A DNA stretch of 63,038 nt, filler included, from Asterionella formosa (lineage: Eukaryota), in assembly GCA_002256025.1 (NCBI GenBank). It is 4 parts of 4 records of this genome, joined end to end, with 100 filler letters (N's around TTAATTAATTAA, not from the genome) between each part and the next. Parts side by side here need not be neighbours in the genome. Positions count along the whole stretch, not along the records: positions 1 to 29,552 come from NKIB01001013.1; positions 29,653 to 59,138 come from NKIB01001018.1; 2 more parts are not named here. One strand, 5' to 3'. The notes below the pieces were generated by a model. It was not told the DNA's origin and did not search any database. It worked only from the letters and a program-made list of their open reading frames with translations. This document shows positions 22,615-36,300 of this stretch, piece by piece; positions within the stretch are counted from its first letter, which is position 1; every line of letters begins with the position of its first letter. Both the position numbers and the translations under genes were made by a program.

Positions 22615-24392
22615 TTACCTTTCTCCAAGTTCCTCCTCGTCGTCTTCCTCCTGCTCGACATTTTCATTAACAGTTTCGGTTTGCCGACTCAAAACTTTCT
22701 CAACCTTTTTGCACTCTGTCTCCAACTTCGCATGTGTTCGCACACCAACGTCAAGTGCAGTGGACACCACGGCCTTCGCTCCCAACTCCTTCGCTCTGAG
22801 TCTAGCATCTTTCGATGCGCCTAGAAGGGAACGGAGACACTTTGCGGAGAGGCACGCATTATGAGGTTTCATGGTGGCCTTGCCAAGCTCTGAGATAAGG
22901 GTAGAGAGAATGTCCTTCTGTGTCACGTTTTGTGCGTCATTCATAAAAGTATTGGCCATGTCCGAGGATGTTGTCCGTGCTCGAGCGCTAGGCTTGGTGG
23001 TTTCTTCGGGTTCGTTCCCAAAAGAGTCCAAATTCTCCATAACATCCAGGGCGTTCGCCAGAACTGCCAATGCCAAATTGTGCAATAATCCAAGGTGTTC
23101 GCTGTCGTTGATACGGTCCTTGTCGCTTAAATCGTCTTCATCGAGATAATCAACTTCCTCGCCGATTCGCCGAAACTGCACCAAGCTCAGAATAGTTTGC
23201 CGAATTTCTTCAAAAGGCGATTCGTCAAAAACAAGAGTGTTATTCTCTTCGTCTATGGTCGTTCCAAGCAAAATTACCCGGGCAGCAATGAGGGCAGTTA
23301 CTGTCCCAGTCTTGCGCGGGTCCGTCAACAAGCAAAGAGATTCCAATCCGAGCTGTCGCGCATCCATGCGATCCTTCATCAAGAGACCATGGGCGATTTC
23401 AAGGGCAATGACAGCATTTTCTTCTTCCGACTGAGATTCTGTGGTAACATGGCGGGACAGCAGGCGTTCGACCTTCTTCGAATAAGCAGAGTCAATATCT
23501 GATCCCTTCACACCAAAGTCTTCCACATCAAAGTCACCGATAGCAGCATCGAGAATGTATCTGCTGTATCGATGAAAGGTGATACTACATCCATTGCGAC
23601 GCTGAAGCTCCACCACAATTTTGTTGTCCCGGGACGTCGCCCAAAGCGATAGGTGCATTTCAACATTTTCAGCTGTCACTAAGTTCGCCGTCGCCGCTTC
23701 ATCATCGTAGCTGGCATGTACGCTGAGCACACGAAGGCAGTCAGAAAGACGGGTCGCGACCTCAGAGAGAGAATCGTCGATCAAGCGAGATGACTTTTCA
23801 AGGGGATAAAACGCCGGTACGGGACGGAGTGATTTAGGGCTCCAGTTGCTCGTTGAAACCACAACTGCTGCAGAAGAGGGATCATCAATGCTCCTGCTAC
23901 TCTTTTCAAAAAACGAAGCCTTGTCGATTAATTCGTCAGTCGCTTCACTCAAAGCAGGTCTTGAGGCGGATGCAGATCCCAGTTGGGCAAACTGAACGGA
24001 GCAAACGGAACAGCATCGAAGCGAAGTGTTAGTCAGAGATTGTCTCGACAACAAAGGATTCAAAACCGAACGGTGTAGACCACAAATGAAGCTCAACACG
24101 CTGAAGCGATGGCTCCCCTGATCATTTCTAGGTAACGTCGTCAACGCACAGAAAACATAGGTAGAACGCCATGTCGAAAATTTCCCCGGTCGGTCCGGTG
24201 GGACTCACGTGCACTCCCATATATTCAGCTATGAAGACATCTATGTTTGAGATATCAATCAACCACTGCGTTGAACAAAACTTTGATCCTTCCATTCCAT
24301 CTCCTCTTGTTACTCACCCTCCATTCAGGTCCGTCCCATTTGATGGCTTGATCATTGCCAGAAGCGGCGGATGGCTTTGTTGCGTCGCTCAT
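22615..24392 (-). CDS. Uncharacterised protein with a KA1-like domain and helical C-terminus; main exon 23991-22615, first exon 24392-24318 (or alternative 24220-24209)
   Basis: Branch site CTGACTAAC and acceptor TTCAG precede FAQLGS (phase 0). Two upstream phase-0 ATG exons both end in GTGAGT. KA1-like VVELQRRNGCSITFHRY. Confidence 0.7.
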
Positions 24393-25144
24393 GGTTGGTA
24401 TTTTTAAGATAGAGTGAACAGGTTGGGAGACTTTCAAAGCGTGGAAGTGAGGAATACTTGTGCCACCATATGACACGCCTGTTAGGTAGGCATACTGTGC
24501 GTATTGTCTACATTTCCACCTGTCTTCAATTTTTGACTGACGGGTCGGACGAGTACCGGAATGTGGTAACCTACCCAGTATATGCATATTATGGAGTAGG
24601 TACTACGTCATAATTTTGCAGTTTTGTTCGTGCTTTGCTGGAAACACACACTTTGATCCCTCTTTCATACTAGTACAATACTCCCTACATACATACGTGT
24701 TTTCAATGTCCTGGTGACCTTCAGTCATATATACGACATGTAAACGAATTAAAAATATTCAGAGATTGTCCACAGGATCGCCATTCGTGCCTGGCATCCT
24801 CACAGTCTATATAATATCCAGATAATTTTGTATTTGCTGCAGTTGCTATTCAAAAGTACCGGTATGCTATAGGTGCGCGGAACGACTCGGAGTCGAAATT
24901 GCAAGCCAAGCCTCCTTTTTGTCCAGGGATTACCGTTAATACATCATGTATATGTGTCTATGTGTTTCGATTTTTTCGAGCTACATATATAGCAGTAACC
25001 ATGTGATAGCGCTTGTACGACACAATCGCAATATGTGTATGAAATATAATATACTGTCCTTTAGTTACCGGCAGTCCATTCCAGTACTTTCTTGCAAATG
25101 TGTTCGTGAGAGAATGAGTATGGTACCAGGTACCTGGTACCATG

Positions 25145-25243
25145 ACCAGCAAGTTGCGGTAATTTTGCTAAGACTAAAGATTTAGCTTCTTTTATCCCAG
25201 ATTAAAAATGTTTTTTTAAGCAAAATGACCGCAACTTGCTGGT
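25145..25243 (+). mobile_element. ~90-bp MITE, copy 2 (best preserved)
   Basis: 25-bp TIRs ACCAGCAAGTTGCGGT(A/C)ATTTTGCT match at 24/25. Embedded in GGTACC repeats spanning 25121-25265. Confidence 0.85.
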
Positions 25244-26082
25244 ACCTGGTACCTGGTACCTGGTATCGCACGGTTCCCGGCTTGCAATGGTTACATAGGA
25301 CCGGTAGGAGAAGTGGGGGTCGTGTATGGCACCCGCAAGTACGTAACTGTGTTCTATGCTGTGCATTGCTTCATTTTGAACATTTTTTTCAAATATTACT
25401 TGTTCGAACATTCTCCCTTATTTGAATACTTACACATAAGCACTTGTTGTTACGGATAGGATTCGGATGCCAGGGCAATAGTATTGTAATAGTTGTCGTC
25501 CATAACTAGATATATATGGCTAAATAAATAGTTTCTCTCTTACTCCATAATGCTAATGGAAAATTACCCTTCCGTAGCCAAGTGCACAATTTTGACTTCA
25601 TCAAAAATGACATCAACGGTAACCGTTCCCAGCGGTTGTGGTTTGTGCACATCAGAGCTCATTTGTTAAAGTGGCGACCAGTTTAAGTCATTATTACGAA
25701 AGTTGGTTCCTAATAAAAGGTGCTGAAAACACATCATCATGGAAAAGAGGAATCTATCTGAAAGGAATCTTAGCCTATCTCTCCCCTTTTCGATATTTCT
25801 TGTGATGTATTATACAATATATATACATTTATGTCAATTAATATAATACCTTGCCGGCATTTTATTTTTAAGCAAATTCATATATTACCTTGCCGGCATT
25901 CCATTCCATGATTTACAGCATAATACGGTACCAGGAAGTTGTCTCAAATGCATAAAAAGTAAATGCTCGACGCTGGACCACTGCCGCATTGCTTTGTTCA
26001 CCATGATCATGGTTCAACCTCTCATTTTCCCCAATGAAGACACAAGTGATTCTTGTAATGATGACGCTCAGCAACAGCGCCG

Positions 26083-26730
26083 ATGACCCTCAGTCCAGTT
26101 GGGTATGTTGATGTGTCAGATCGCTCGGGTGTTGCATTTGATAGCAAAATAGACGTCAAGCATTGTGGCAGTGAGAAAAAGATGATTGGAGATTTCATTG
26201 GTGATGAGCCTTTGCATAAGATCAGTGAACAGGTGCTTGAAGATACCAATAATGACAACAGCAGCGATGTTGAGATTGGTGGCGCTACTGTACAACTGAA
26301 AGATCCCAATGGTACAGCTGTCATGCCAACCATGACTGACTGCAATGGTAACTTCACGTTGAATGCTTCTCCAGGCATGTACACAATTATCAAACAGACA
26401 CCTCCTGGATTCGTCAATGTTGGCAGCAGAACAATTTCTGTAAATACAAGTGCTGCAAATGTTTTGAACATTTGTTTCGATGACCAGCACCCCATCAGTG
26501 CTCCAAGTGTGAGTGGCTGCCTCTCCAGTTACTTTTTGCTTGGATCAATTTCCAGAAGTGTCAAGGAAGATACCGACAACAATGATAGTAAAGAAACTAA
26601 CTGGGTGGGTGTGACTGTTACTCTATAGGGTCCAAGTGGTAATGGCCCTATTCTATATACTACTGTTACTTACTTTAATGGCAACTTTGTCTTCGTGAAT
26701 TTGCCCATTGGCAATTATTTTGTTAAGAAG
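26083..26730 (+). pseudogene. Fragment of SdrD-B/Cna-B-type adhesin repeats
   Basis: Two repeats: VLEDTNNDNSSD..IGGATVQLKDPNG...TMTDCNGNFTL..PGMYTI, and VKEDTDNND...GVTVTL*GPSG...FNGNFVFVNLPIGNY. In-frame stop at 26626-26628. Confidence 0.7.
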
Positions 26731-28924
26731 ATCATCATCCCAGCATTTGCACCACTGCATCTTCCTTGTGACCCAACATGGAGCAGACCACTTCGGAAAC
26801 ATCTACTCCTTCCTTTTTTACTAACATGATCGCATCATGATGTCTGTCTTGAATGAATCCATCACCTTCATTTTAAGCTGTTTGATATCCTCTGATTCCT
26901 CTGTATATCTCAATGCTGTCTGTAGTGAAGCTTAATATTTATTTCAAGCAAGTTTACCAGACTCTCCGTTGCATCTTATCTTGACAATCAAATCATTGCA
27001 GAAAAATTAAAGCAACCTTTTTTGATTTTACAGATATCTGGTGCAAGCTGGCTACTATTAGCTACGTGTCAGGCTACATAGTACAGTACGAGGAGTCGGA
27101 TTTGATATAGCGGAGACAAAACCGATACATACAGGCGTTTCCACTTATACCAGCATTCTAGACTCTACCCTATATACTGCTACCAGGTACCAGGTACCAA
27201 AGATTGTGGAGGAGAAGGTAAGCCCATTGCGACTGGTGTCAGAGTTATCACAATCCCCGGCGCCTTCATTGTTGATTGTCAACTGTCATTGCTGGAATTT
27301 CCTCTAAGGATATGCATGTCTTCTTTCATAAACCTCCTGAAGTAGGCACAGTTTGCGATTTAGTGCAACATGAAGACATACAGAAGAAAGTATTGAAGAG
27401 GAAAATCTCAGCAATCAAGACTTGGGTGTATCTTTGATCCATCATCATATTCGGAGGCAGAATGGAGTCGCGATTCGGGATTGCTGTAAGGGAAGGAGGC
27501 TGTTAGATGCAGGTGGATCCACTTGAAAATAAATTTGCCTGCTGTCCCAGGAGGTGTCCAGCCAGCCATATCCAACAATCTTCCAATGTCAACATTCATT
27601 AGTAGGACAAACTATTCACTCTATATGTTCGTAGAAATTGAATTAACAAATATAGACTTGTTTAATGTGTTAATCAATGCATCTACTGCTCCTTGATTCA
27701 CAACAGTAGCTGTATTGTTTGTTATCATTAGCAAGAAAAACCATGATGGACCTATGTTGCAGCAACAAACAAACCGGCACACAAGTCACCAAACCATGAT
27801 GGTACCGGTACCACCAACTTCCGCGGTTCCGCCATCAAAGGAAGGGGGGGGGGGTTGTGAAAAGTTAAAATATTTGACTATCGAGAAAAGTGAAGAAACG
27901 AAAATAAAAAATTCCCTAAATAACTGTTGGTCTACATGACGTTCCTGTAGGCGACATACTGGAGAAAACTTCCATCTGTCACAAGGACTGTTCCATGTAT
28001 ACCGGTAGTAAACTTGGTTTGCTAATATAGTACCAGCAGTTCTTGGCAATCAATGCTGCTAAAATTCGCATATGTAGCCTTTCAGCACGGGATTTCTTTG
28101 GCTGGAATATTATTCAAGATTGATGACCGGTACCTGGTACCAGGTAGTTTGACTGACCTAATATGAATGCAGTCCTAAATCTTGACATCAACATTCAAAG
28201 ATAGTAGGCAGTATTTGTCCCCTGTAGAAAATGGTAGAAGGCATTGCAATGATGATCAATGTCAGTGTTTCAAATTTTGATTTTCAAGTACAATACATAT
28301 ACATAATAGGCATTACTCCATACATAACAATAATGTACTGCCTGCATCCAAATGGCAACCAAATTCAGAAACATTATCTTTCTTTGCTAATGTACCCTGG
28401 CTCACAACAGACTTTGTCTATGATAGACCAGGGAGTCAGAACAGACTGCAGAAATGACTACCACCAGTAAACAACATTTCCCTATACTAAGTACCAGGGA
28501 GTCTATGATTTGCATCAGTGTATTTTATTCAAGAGTTGTTCTTCACTTACCAGCAGTTGACAAACCTAACTTGAAGTACAGCTCTGGGATGTGTCCAATA
28601 CCTCTAAGACTTTCATAACCAAGTTGCCTCACATAAATCATATGACAAAACATTGACATGCTCAAGGTCTGTCCTGAGGGGGGCTACTTCATACCAAGAT
28701 GAATTTGTGGACCACTCTCAAGTATTCCAGATTTTCAAGAAAAATTGTGAGGTGGACGGAAGTGAAGAGGGTATGACATATTGATCATCAACTTTGTTGG
28801 CGGGGTCCCAAAAATATATATTTATATATCTCAAGTGTATGTATTTATTTCAAGTATGTATTAGTTTGATTGTAAAGGGCCATATTTCATCGTTTGAAAG
28901 GATACCGCAGTACTGGTGGACTGT

Positions 28925-29552
28925 TATGTCATGACCTCAAAGGTTGCTATAATTGGCCAATGATCGGATCCACCAACTTTTCTAATTTCGCATTCCTTCA
29001 ATGTATAATCCTTCTTGTTGAAATACACATGGTCATATAAACATTCCAAGAGGTCCAAAATGCCATGTCGAGCATAGAAAAGGATAGTCGGTCCTTGCTA
29101 GCAAAGCATTTGTATATCCTTGATCTTGGAGAAATTAGTGTGATGGTCCCGAGCGATTGTTGAAATCTCCAACAATAATCATCAAGTTTTGGTCTTTAAC
29201 TCGCCCTAGATGTGCCTTTATTTCCTCCATTCGCTCATGCTGCACTGTCCATGGATTGGATGGAAAGGGAGCTTTATGATGTACAATCAGAATTTGAATA
29301 ATTCGTCCAATTGCGTTGATGGATACTCTTAATGCTCCATACCAGTGATTGTAGAGGCGATCGGACCATTGGGATTCATTTATTGCATACTTTGACAGGA
29401 CAGCCCGCCCACCATAATTCCCCATGTCATCACGGAAGCACCTGTGTGGGTAAGTCTCAAAAAGCCCCTCACAATTCTCAAGAACACCCCTCCAACCCTT
29501 ATTGGATTCCTGTAGACAGACAACATCGGCGTTGGACTCAAGTATAGCCCTT
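28925..29552 (-). pseudogene. Endonuclease/exonuclease/phosphatase (EEP) domain fragment, frameshifted and cut by the gap
   Basis: DVVCLQE (~29505-29525), AVLSKY, IIVGDFN and YDHVYF (~29020-29040) occur in canonical order. Confidence 0.7.
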
Positions 29553-29652
29553 NNNNNNNNNNNNNNNNNNNNNNNNNNNNNNNNNNNNNNNNNNNNTTAA
29601 TTAATTAANNNNNNNNNNNNNNNNNNNNNNNNNNNNNNNNNNNNNNNNNNNN
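29553..29652. other. Assembly linker (N44-TTAATTAATTAA-N44)
   Basis: Six-frame stop spacer inside Ns. Confidence 0.98.
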
Positions 29653-29772
29653 GTAGTTGAATTGAGGCGAGGTGGCGTTCAAGTTCGCATCAGTCAAGTT
29701 TTGGATCACTTGACTATTGCTAGAACTGAAGCGGAAGGATGCCAAAATTAGCAAGGTCGCCGACAACTTCAT
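29653..29772 (-). CDS. N-terminus of a secreted protein, truncated by the gap
   Basis: MKLSATLLILASFRFSSSNSQ is signal-peptide-like and is followed by N-x-T sequons (NLT, NAT). Confidence 0.4.
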
Positions 29773-31474
29773 TGGAAGTTGAGGATCATTGCAGTAGAAG
29801 GATTGTTCTTTTATGAAACAACAATAATACTGCTTAATATTCAAGTCGGACGACATCGAAGCCCTCAACGCATGTCGAGTGTGCTATTCCCCAGCCATGC
29901 TGACGATATGGATAGAATTTATCATATTCGTCAACGATTGCTTGTTCCGGTCTTCCCTGCCAGCTTGTTTTCACTTGGCTTCCTAAACAAACTCTCTCAA
30001 TTTTTTGATTTTTTCAGTGGATTCGGCGTTGCATAAAATCTACACTGACGAGGCTTGTGCTTCCACGTATATAATACATATTTAACGCATCATGTAGCGA
30101 TATTTTTGTATGTGGTTCAAATTCATGCTATCCCTAACACCTTTGCCTCAAATTTCGACTGCTGATGGTAATTGTAGATTTGGATATGGTACCGGTACGC
30201 ACCTGCAAGGATTTCGATAATTTAACCGCAAATTTAATGTCAGTAAACAATACTTTTCCTTTCTGACAAGTCTAATACTTATGCTGTAGTTCATTACCTA
30301 GCCAACTTGAGCAACGGCGGTTATCTTTCATAATGGTGTAACGCAGGAATTTTTGAATATATATGTATACATATATGGCTTACTCGTGCTTGTTCTCGTG
30401 CTTGTTCTCGTGCTCGTATTCGTATCACTTTGAGAGAAAAAGTGAAAAGTACGGTACCAATGTACTTAGGCCGTTGCTAACGGTGGACCAAAACGCAAAC
30501 CAAACAGTGTTTTGATTTCAGTAACCCTAAAAAACGATGCTATCGGGGGGCAGTGGAAAACCCAACGCAAACGCATTACGTTTAGGGGATTCCGTGCCCA
30601 TATCCCAATAAGTTACCCAAATGCATTACATTTAGGTTTTTTTCCAAAGTTACCAAAACGTAGGATTCCATATTGACTACTTTGAATGTAGTCGCTAGAA
30701 ACCCAATTATTATCATCGTAGAATCAGTACATAAACAGGAGTGACTTAGATACTAAAGTGCATGTTATAATATCATACTCCGTAGTACGATGCAGAATAC
30801 AATTCCCAATCATCTCATCATGATTGATAAGATGATAATGTGATATCACGATAGGGTTACATCGATGCAAACATCACCAAAGTATGATACGTACTATTGA
30901 ATAAAGTATATCACATAGCTATGATGCATTGATCATAGAACTATGATGATTTCTTAAAAATTTTATGATATAATTTTGATCAAAATATGATCATGTTAAA
31001 ATAATACAATGACAATAAAATACGATAAAATATGTACGCGAGTGTTATCGATACATCACAGAAAATAAATAAATAAATCATAAAAGTATGTTACTTAAAA
31101 TATAATGTATACAGTAAAAGCCAACAATTAATATTACAGTATTATATGGTGTATAGGATCTAAGTATACGGATGCGTTGATATGTACATCACTATAATAT
31201 GATTTGTGATAAGGATTGATGCATATCAAATACCGGTATCCTCAACAACCAGCCATCACGTTCATTGTCGTGTCGTTTTTCCTTGTTATAGCTGTATTTA
31301 TGCCGGCATGTGTATTGTGTAAACACTACGCTGGCGGAATATGCATATTACACTGCTGTGCTCTGTTCAACAATTACTACACTCGGTTGCCATCATACCA
31401 GCTGCACCTCCACAAGCGCCGCAAAAAGCTCCGCGTTTCCCTTCCACTGTTTTACATCATAGTCTTCTGGCCCT

Positions 31475-33228
31475 TTGCCAACTTTCCAAATGGCATTTCA
31501 TGGATTTCATGCAAAGGCTCAGTCAAACAAGAAAAGTGGCTTACTTCCATTGTTTACACTACACGACTTTTTGTTTTCGGAAAAGAAGATGAAGAAACTT
31601 ATGAAATCAATCGAAGATTCCTTTGAATACACTCAAATAACAGATGAATTTGAACAGATTCATAATACTCCAGAAAAAAAATGAAGTATGCCGATTCAAT
31701 AGTGGCAGAGATTGAAAAGAAGGAAAGATTGCTTTCAAAGAGGAAACCCAAACAGTTGTTCTTCGCGGATGAAGACTCTATTCCTACAGAAGCACAGTTC
31801 CATGCAGTGTCGTATTTTGCTCCTCATTCTCCTGAAATCGCTGATGATGAAGAAGAACTCAGTGATTCTCATTCATTTGATGAACAAGTTCATGCGATGA
31901 ATGAAAATACCGGCGGAAATGTGGGAGACATGATCACTTCAGAAGTAGAAATGGTTGAAAAGTTGCAAAACCTAGAAAATATATCTCACTATTCGTCCAG
32001 AACATCAAGATAAACATCATGAAAGCAGAGAAACTATTGCATTTCTAAAAGAAAAGATATTCAAGAAAATGTCTGCGTTAGATCAAGATCTCGAATTCAA
32101 GAAGATCAATGCAGACAGAGATGTGATGCTGGCTAAGGCAGTTGATGCACTGAGTCGGGAACGAAGTTTGAAGAAAAAAATTGAATCTTTTTCCAAATCA
32201 TACATGGATGAAAAAGAATTTCTCTGTAAAATCATCGAGAACAATCCCGAAGGCAGCTACTTTTGTAAAGAGTCAGCATGTGAAATGTGTAGAGTTATTA
32301 TGCCAAAGCAAACTGCATTTTCCTTGAGTTTGCCGAAATCTCATGGACAACTAAAATTGTGGAAAGAGTTGTACACACGTACCCCACAAGAAAAATGCAA
32401 TTACGCCTCTGTAGTTTACGGAGTCAAAGGTATCAAAAAATCATCTTCAGATTTTAAAGATCTTGCATATTGGGACCTTGAAACAATTACCTCTATGATC
32501 CATTATATAATTCATGAACTTCATCCGACTGATGTAAAGGTTATATTTGATCTGGATGAGAACCCAGAAAAGGGTAATGACACACCGTATATATACCAAG
32601 GTGATTGTCATCCACTTCATCATGACAGTAACTATGTGCTAATTGTTTATTGCAAAAGATCAGATGAGGAGGAAAACAACCATTTTGTGCATTATCTTTT
32701 TGCTATAAATGATGGATTATGTCAAGTCCGTGACCCAGGAAAAGATGCAAGTGTTGATGAACATTATGATCAAGTATTTCACCTTGCCCATACGTACTGC
32801 ATCATCCCTGGATGCACGAAACAATTGGAATTGTTATGCACCGATACAGGATATCTTCCACAAGAATCCCATACACCTGAAGAAATTGGTTTATCGGAAT
32901 CTTTCTATACTGGCACCAAAGCACCATTGCAGATCATTATGGCCACTGAACATGATTCCATGTTATTTCAACCAGAAGATGATAGTGGATGGTCATGTGG
33001 ACCATTTACAATTGGTATAATCATGCACCTCTTGGCCAAATTTCTGGATGCATCAAAATTGACAAAAAGTTGAAAAAATATTTTTCAACTGATGATAGCC
33101 CTTCTGGAATCAAATTGAAAAATTTTACAGACTCATATCGAACTGCAGTTGAAAAGTGGAGAAGCAAAATTCCGGACGAAACGAGAATGACCATCTTAGG
33201 TTCTTTGGGAGTGAAAAAGAAGAAATAA
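31475..33228 (+). pseudogene. Transposon-borne Ulp1/C48-like cysteine protease (frameshifted)
   Basis: NHFVHYLF (His), VRDPG (Asp) and FQPEDDSGWSCGPF (Gln...Cys) follow the H-D-Q-C order of clan CE proteases. Preceded by acidic and coiled-coil segments split by frameshifts and a stop. Confidence 0.65.
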
Positions 33229-33363
33229 TGGTGGACCATTGGGATCATCCAAACTCATCATTCCTCAGGACATTTTAGTTTGTGAAAACCTTTTAATAAT
33301 AACTTAACTATTATGTGAAACCATATTGTTACCATTATCATTTATATTATTCTTGTATATTTA

Positions 33364-36300
33364 TCAATGTTCGCTTGTTAGTTTTTGGTCCCACCCGATT
33401 GATTTCCATAAATGACGTTGAGGCATGGCAACATAAAAATTATCTTTCCGTATCCATTCCAAAACTTCTTGCGGTTTCAGAGATTTCCTTGATTCCTGTG
33501 GTTTCAAAGCAGATACAACAAATGCTGCCGAAAGTATGTTATGAAATTCAACAACGCTCAATTCAGTTGTATCATTGCATAAGGTGTCTCCTCTTGCAAA
33601 AAACATAAGTTTATGAATTTTCATTTCAGTTGAACTTTTCAAGGAACGAATACACGCTAAGAGAATGGTTGTTGTGTTGGAGAAAATAACATTTCCCCAA
33701 AGAAGTAGTTTTGCCGGAACTGTGTAGGAACTTGATCCATCGCCTTTCTCCCAGTTTACTTCGTCCCAGTCAAACCATTCACGACCAGAGATTTCTGCAT
33801 TTGAATCATTATTCCATTTCGGAAGGCATCTGAAAATAGTAGTTTGGCCGGGAACGTTACTTTCAATTTTAACATGATAATAAAAGTCAATCCTTACAAT
33901 GGAAACAGGCCCAACCCCATCTTCAAGACTTTTTATTCTTGCTATTTCTATTGCTGAATTCGCTTAGGGACACCTGCCATAGTCCATAGACCATTTGTTG
34001 ATGGAGCAGAGAATTGAACTTTAACAGGAAGGGATGATGAATGGATCTTGGTAGGCGATATCCCAAATTATCAGGCGACATACTAGGCAACATCCTTGTA
34101 TCCTGAATCATTCTCTCGAAATCAATTTCTGTTGAAATACCCTCAGTTACATTCATATGTACTACTTTGCTCATCTTCTTTTTTGTTTTCTGTATGTAAT
34201 GAATCACTTACAAAAACAATGTTTCGTGCCAAGGCAAACTGCCTTGTTTCATATGACCTTGTTAAAATGTCATGCTTAAATCGATTTAATTGTCCATTGA
34301 CACACTTACTGGGTCACTCGTTTAAATTTGTCTTTCAAAAAAGACTCCAAATATCCACCAAAGAAATTAAGAGGAGATCCGAACTTCCTAATCAGATGAG
34401 GGTAATGTTTCATTCCATGAAATTTTGCCATTCGTAAGCCAATTTGAGATATCATTTCCCGTTGGGGACCAATCATAATCTTAGTAACTGACATAAATCT
34501 CTTAGCCCTTTCCTCTAAAATATCAATACATGTTGATGTAAACTGCGGTATGAATAAAGTGTCACTGATAGATATAGATAACCATAACAGCAATGTGAAA
34601 TCCTTTTCTAGGTGCATGTTCTCTGAACCCATCATTCCACCCATTGAAAAAATAGTTAACAGACAAAATCCGGGAATTTCTTGCCCTGACATTTTCGACA
34701 AAGCAGTCATCCCAGATCTGGATGACAATTGTGGAATATCACGATCGCTTTGCCTTGCTTTCCAAATGACTATTGATTTATCTAGCACTTTGTTCGGAGT
34801 ATAGTTTCGAACCTACATTTCTGGTGCTGGTACAAATGTTGGGTCTTGATTTTGCCAGTGTAGATATTTTTGGTAACTGGTGCGTGTGTCCTTTTTGGTC
34901 TTTGCCCGTTTCTTCGGTTGCTCTTGATCAAGAAAAGCAGTGTCTGTTGTTTCAGTGTTACGTTTCTGATCAGAGATGTTCTCTGGAATATCTGGAGATT
35001 TTCTTTCTTTAAAGAAACCTGTCCATTCTTCAGGGATAGTCCGATAATTGTACAATGATTCCAAAATGTACTTAAATATTCCAAGTAGTAATTGATGAAG
35101 AACCTCAAATGGAGTTGCACCAAATAATCCTCTAAGTCACCACCAAAAAATGATTTATTAGTGCAGGCATAATAGGATTATGCGATTTAAAACGAGACCA
35201 CTCGTTTGCTGTTGCGTATTTGCCATTAGATTGGGAGACACAATACTCAGGTGGAATACATGGCAATTTTCCATCAGGATATGCATTTTTTTCAAGAAAT
35301 TTGTTTAAAAACCTTTTAACATCTGACACTTTACGACGTTCACATCCAATATCGGGATTATCAGCATTTTCAGTTGAAACCAGACAATCAAGACAAACAT
35401 ATCGTCGATATAATCCATTACCACCCCTGAAAACGCAAATTTTGTTGTGCTCTTCTGTATCACCAATGATCATTCCAATCTGAAAATCAACTTTTGTCAT
35501 ACCAAGACCATGAACCCAAATATTGTATGACTTGTTTGGATCTTCGAAAGGCGACAATAGAAATCCTGTAACAGAATGGTATAATTTGAGTCGACATAAT
35601 GACAAGTCGTCACCAGATAACTTATTATTCATTTGTTTCTCCAGATCACTGACTTCAATGTGGGGCTCTGGCAAAAGAGATACCAAATTCCATCCATCAA
35701 CTTTTTTCCTTCCTTCTAACGTTAAGTTTAACATTGTCAACAAAAACGGATGCTCGGAATGTTTCATTTGTTTATCAATAGGTGAACCATCACTGAAAAC
35801 TGCTAGGGCAACAAGTCAACACTCCATTTTCTGATGCAGTAGAATTGTTGAATACATTTTCAAACCAAGTCGCTGAAGTTACTTCCTCATATATGCATGC
35901 GTTCTCCACAAGTTGTAAGTTTCACTTGTGGGTGACATACAAAATGTTGCATGATATCGGAATCACGTAACAATCCTGCCATGAGCTGTACTGGTTCGAA
36001 ATAATGGAGTGTGCGTGGAATCATCATGTTTGAATTGTTATCAATCTGTATTTGTTTGGTCAACAGTTGACCACCAGCTAATGTTGGTGGAAATGAAATA
36101 TCCATGCGTTTCTTCAAAGTCTGGTAGGATGGAGCTTGATACCTTCCATCAAAATATTTCATTGCTTTGGCCTTGAACAGCCATTTCATTAGATGATCAA
36201 AGTAAACTGGTGGAAGGTAATTCTCGTTATGGAATAACATGTGTTCTAATTCTATTGGATGCGCGCATGTTTAGAGAATGTTTACTTGGAAGTTGAAATT

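Noticed and set aside
22615..24144. 509-aa ORF with a TTG start as given in the ORF track
   Set aside because: Its first ~51 codons are intronic (branch site and acceptor at 23992-23993); the real start is in an upstream exon.
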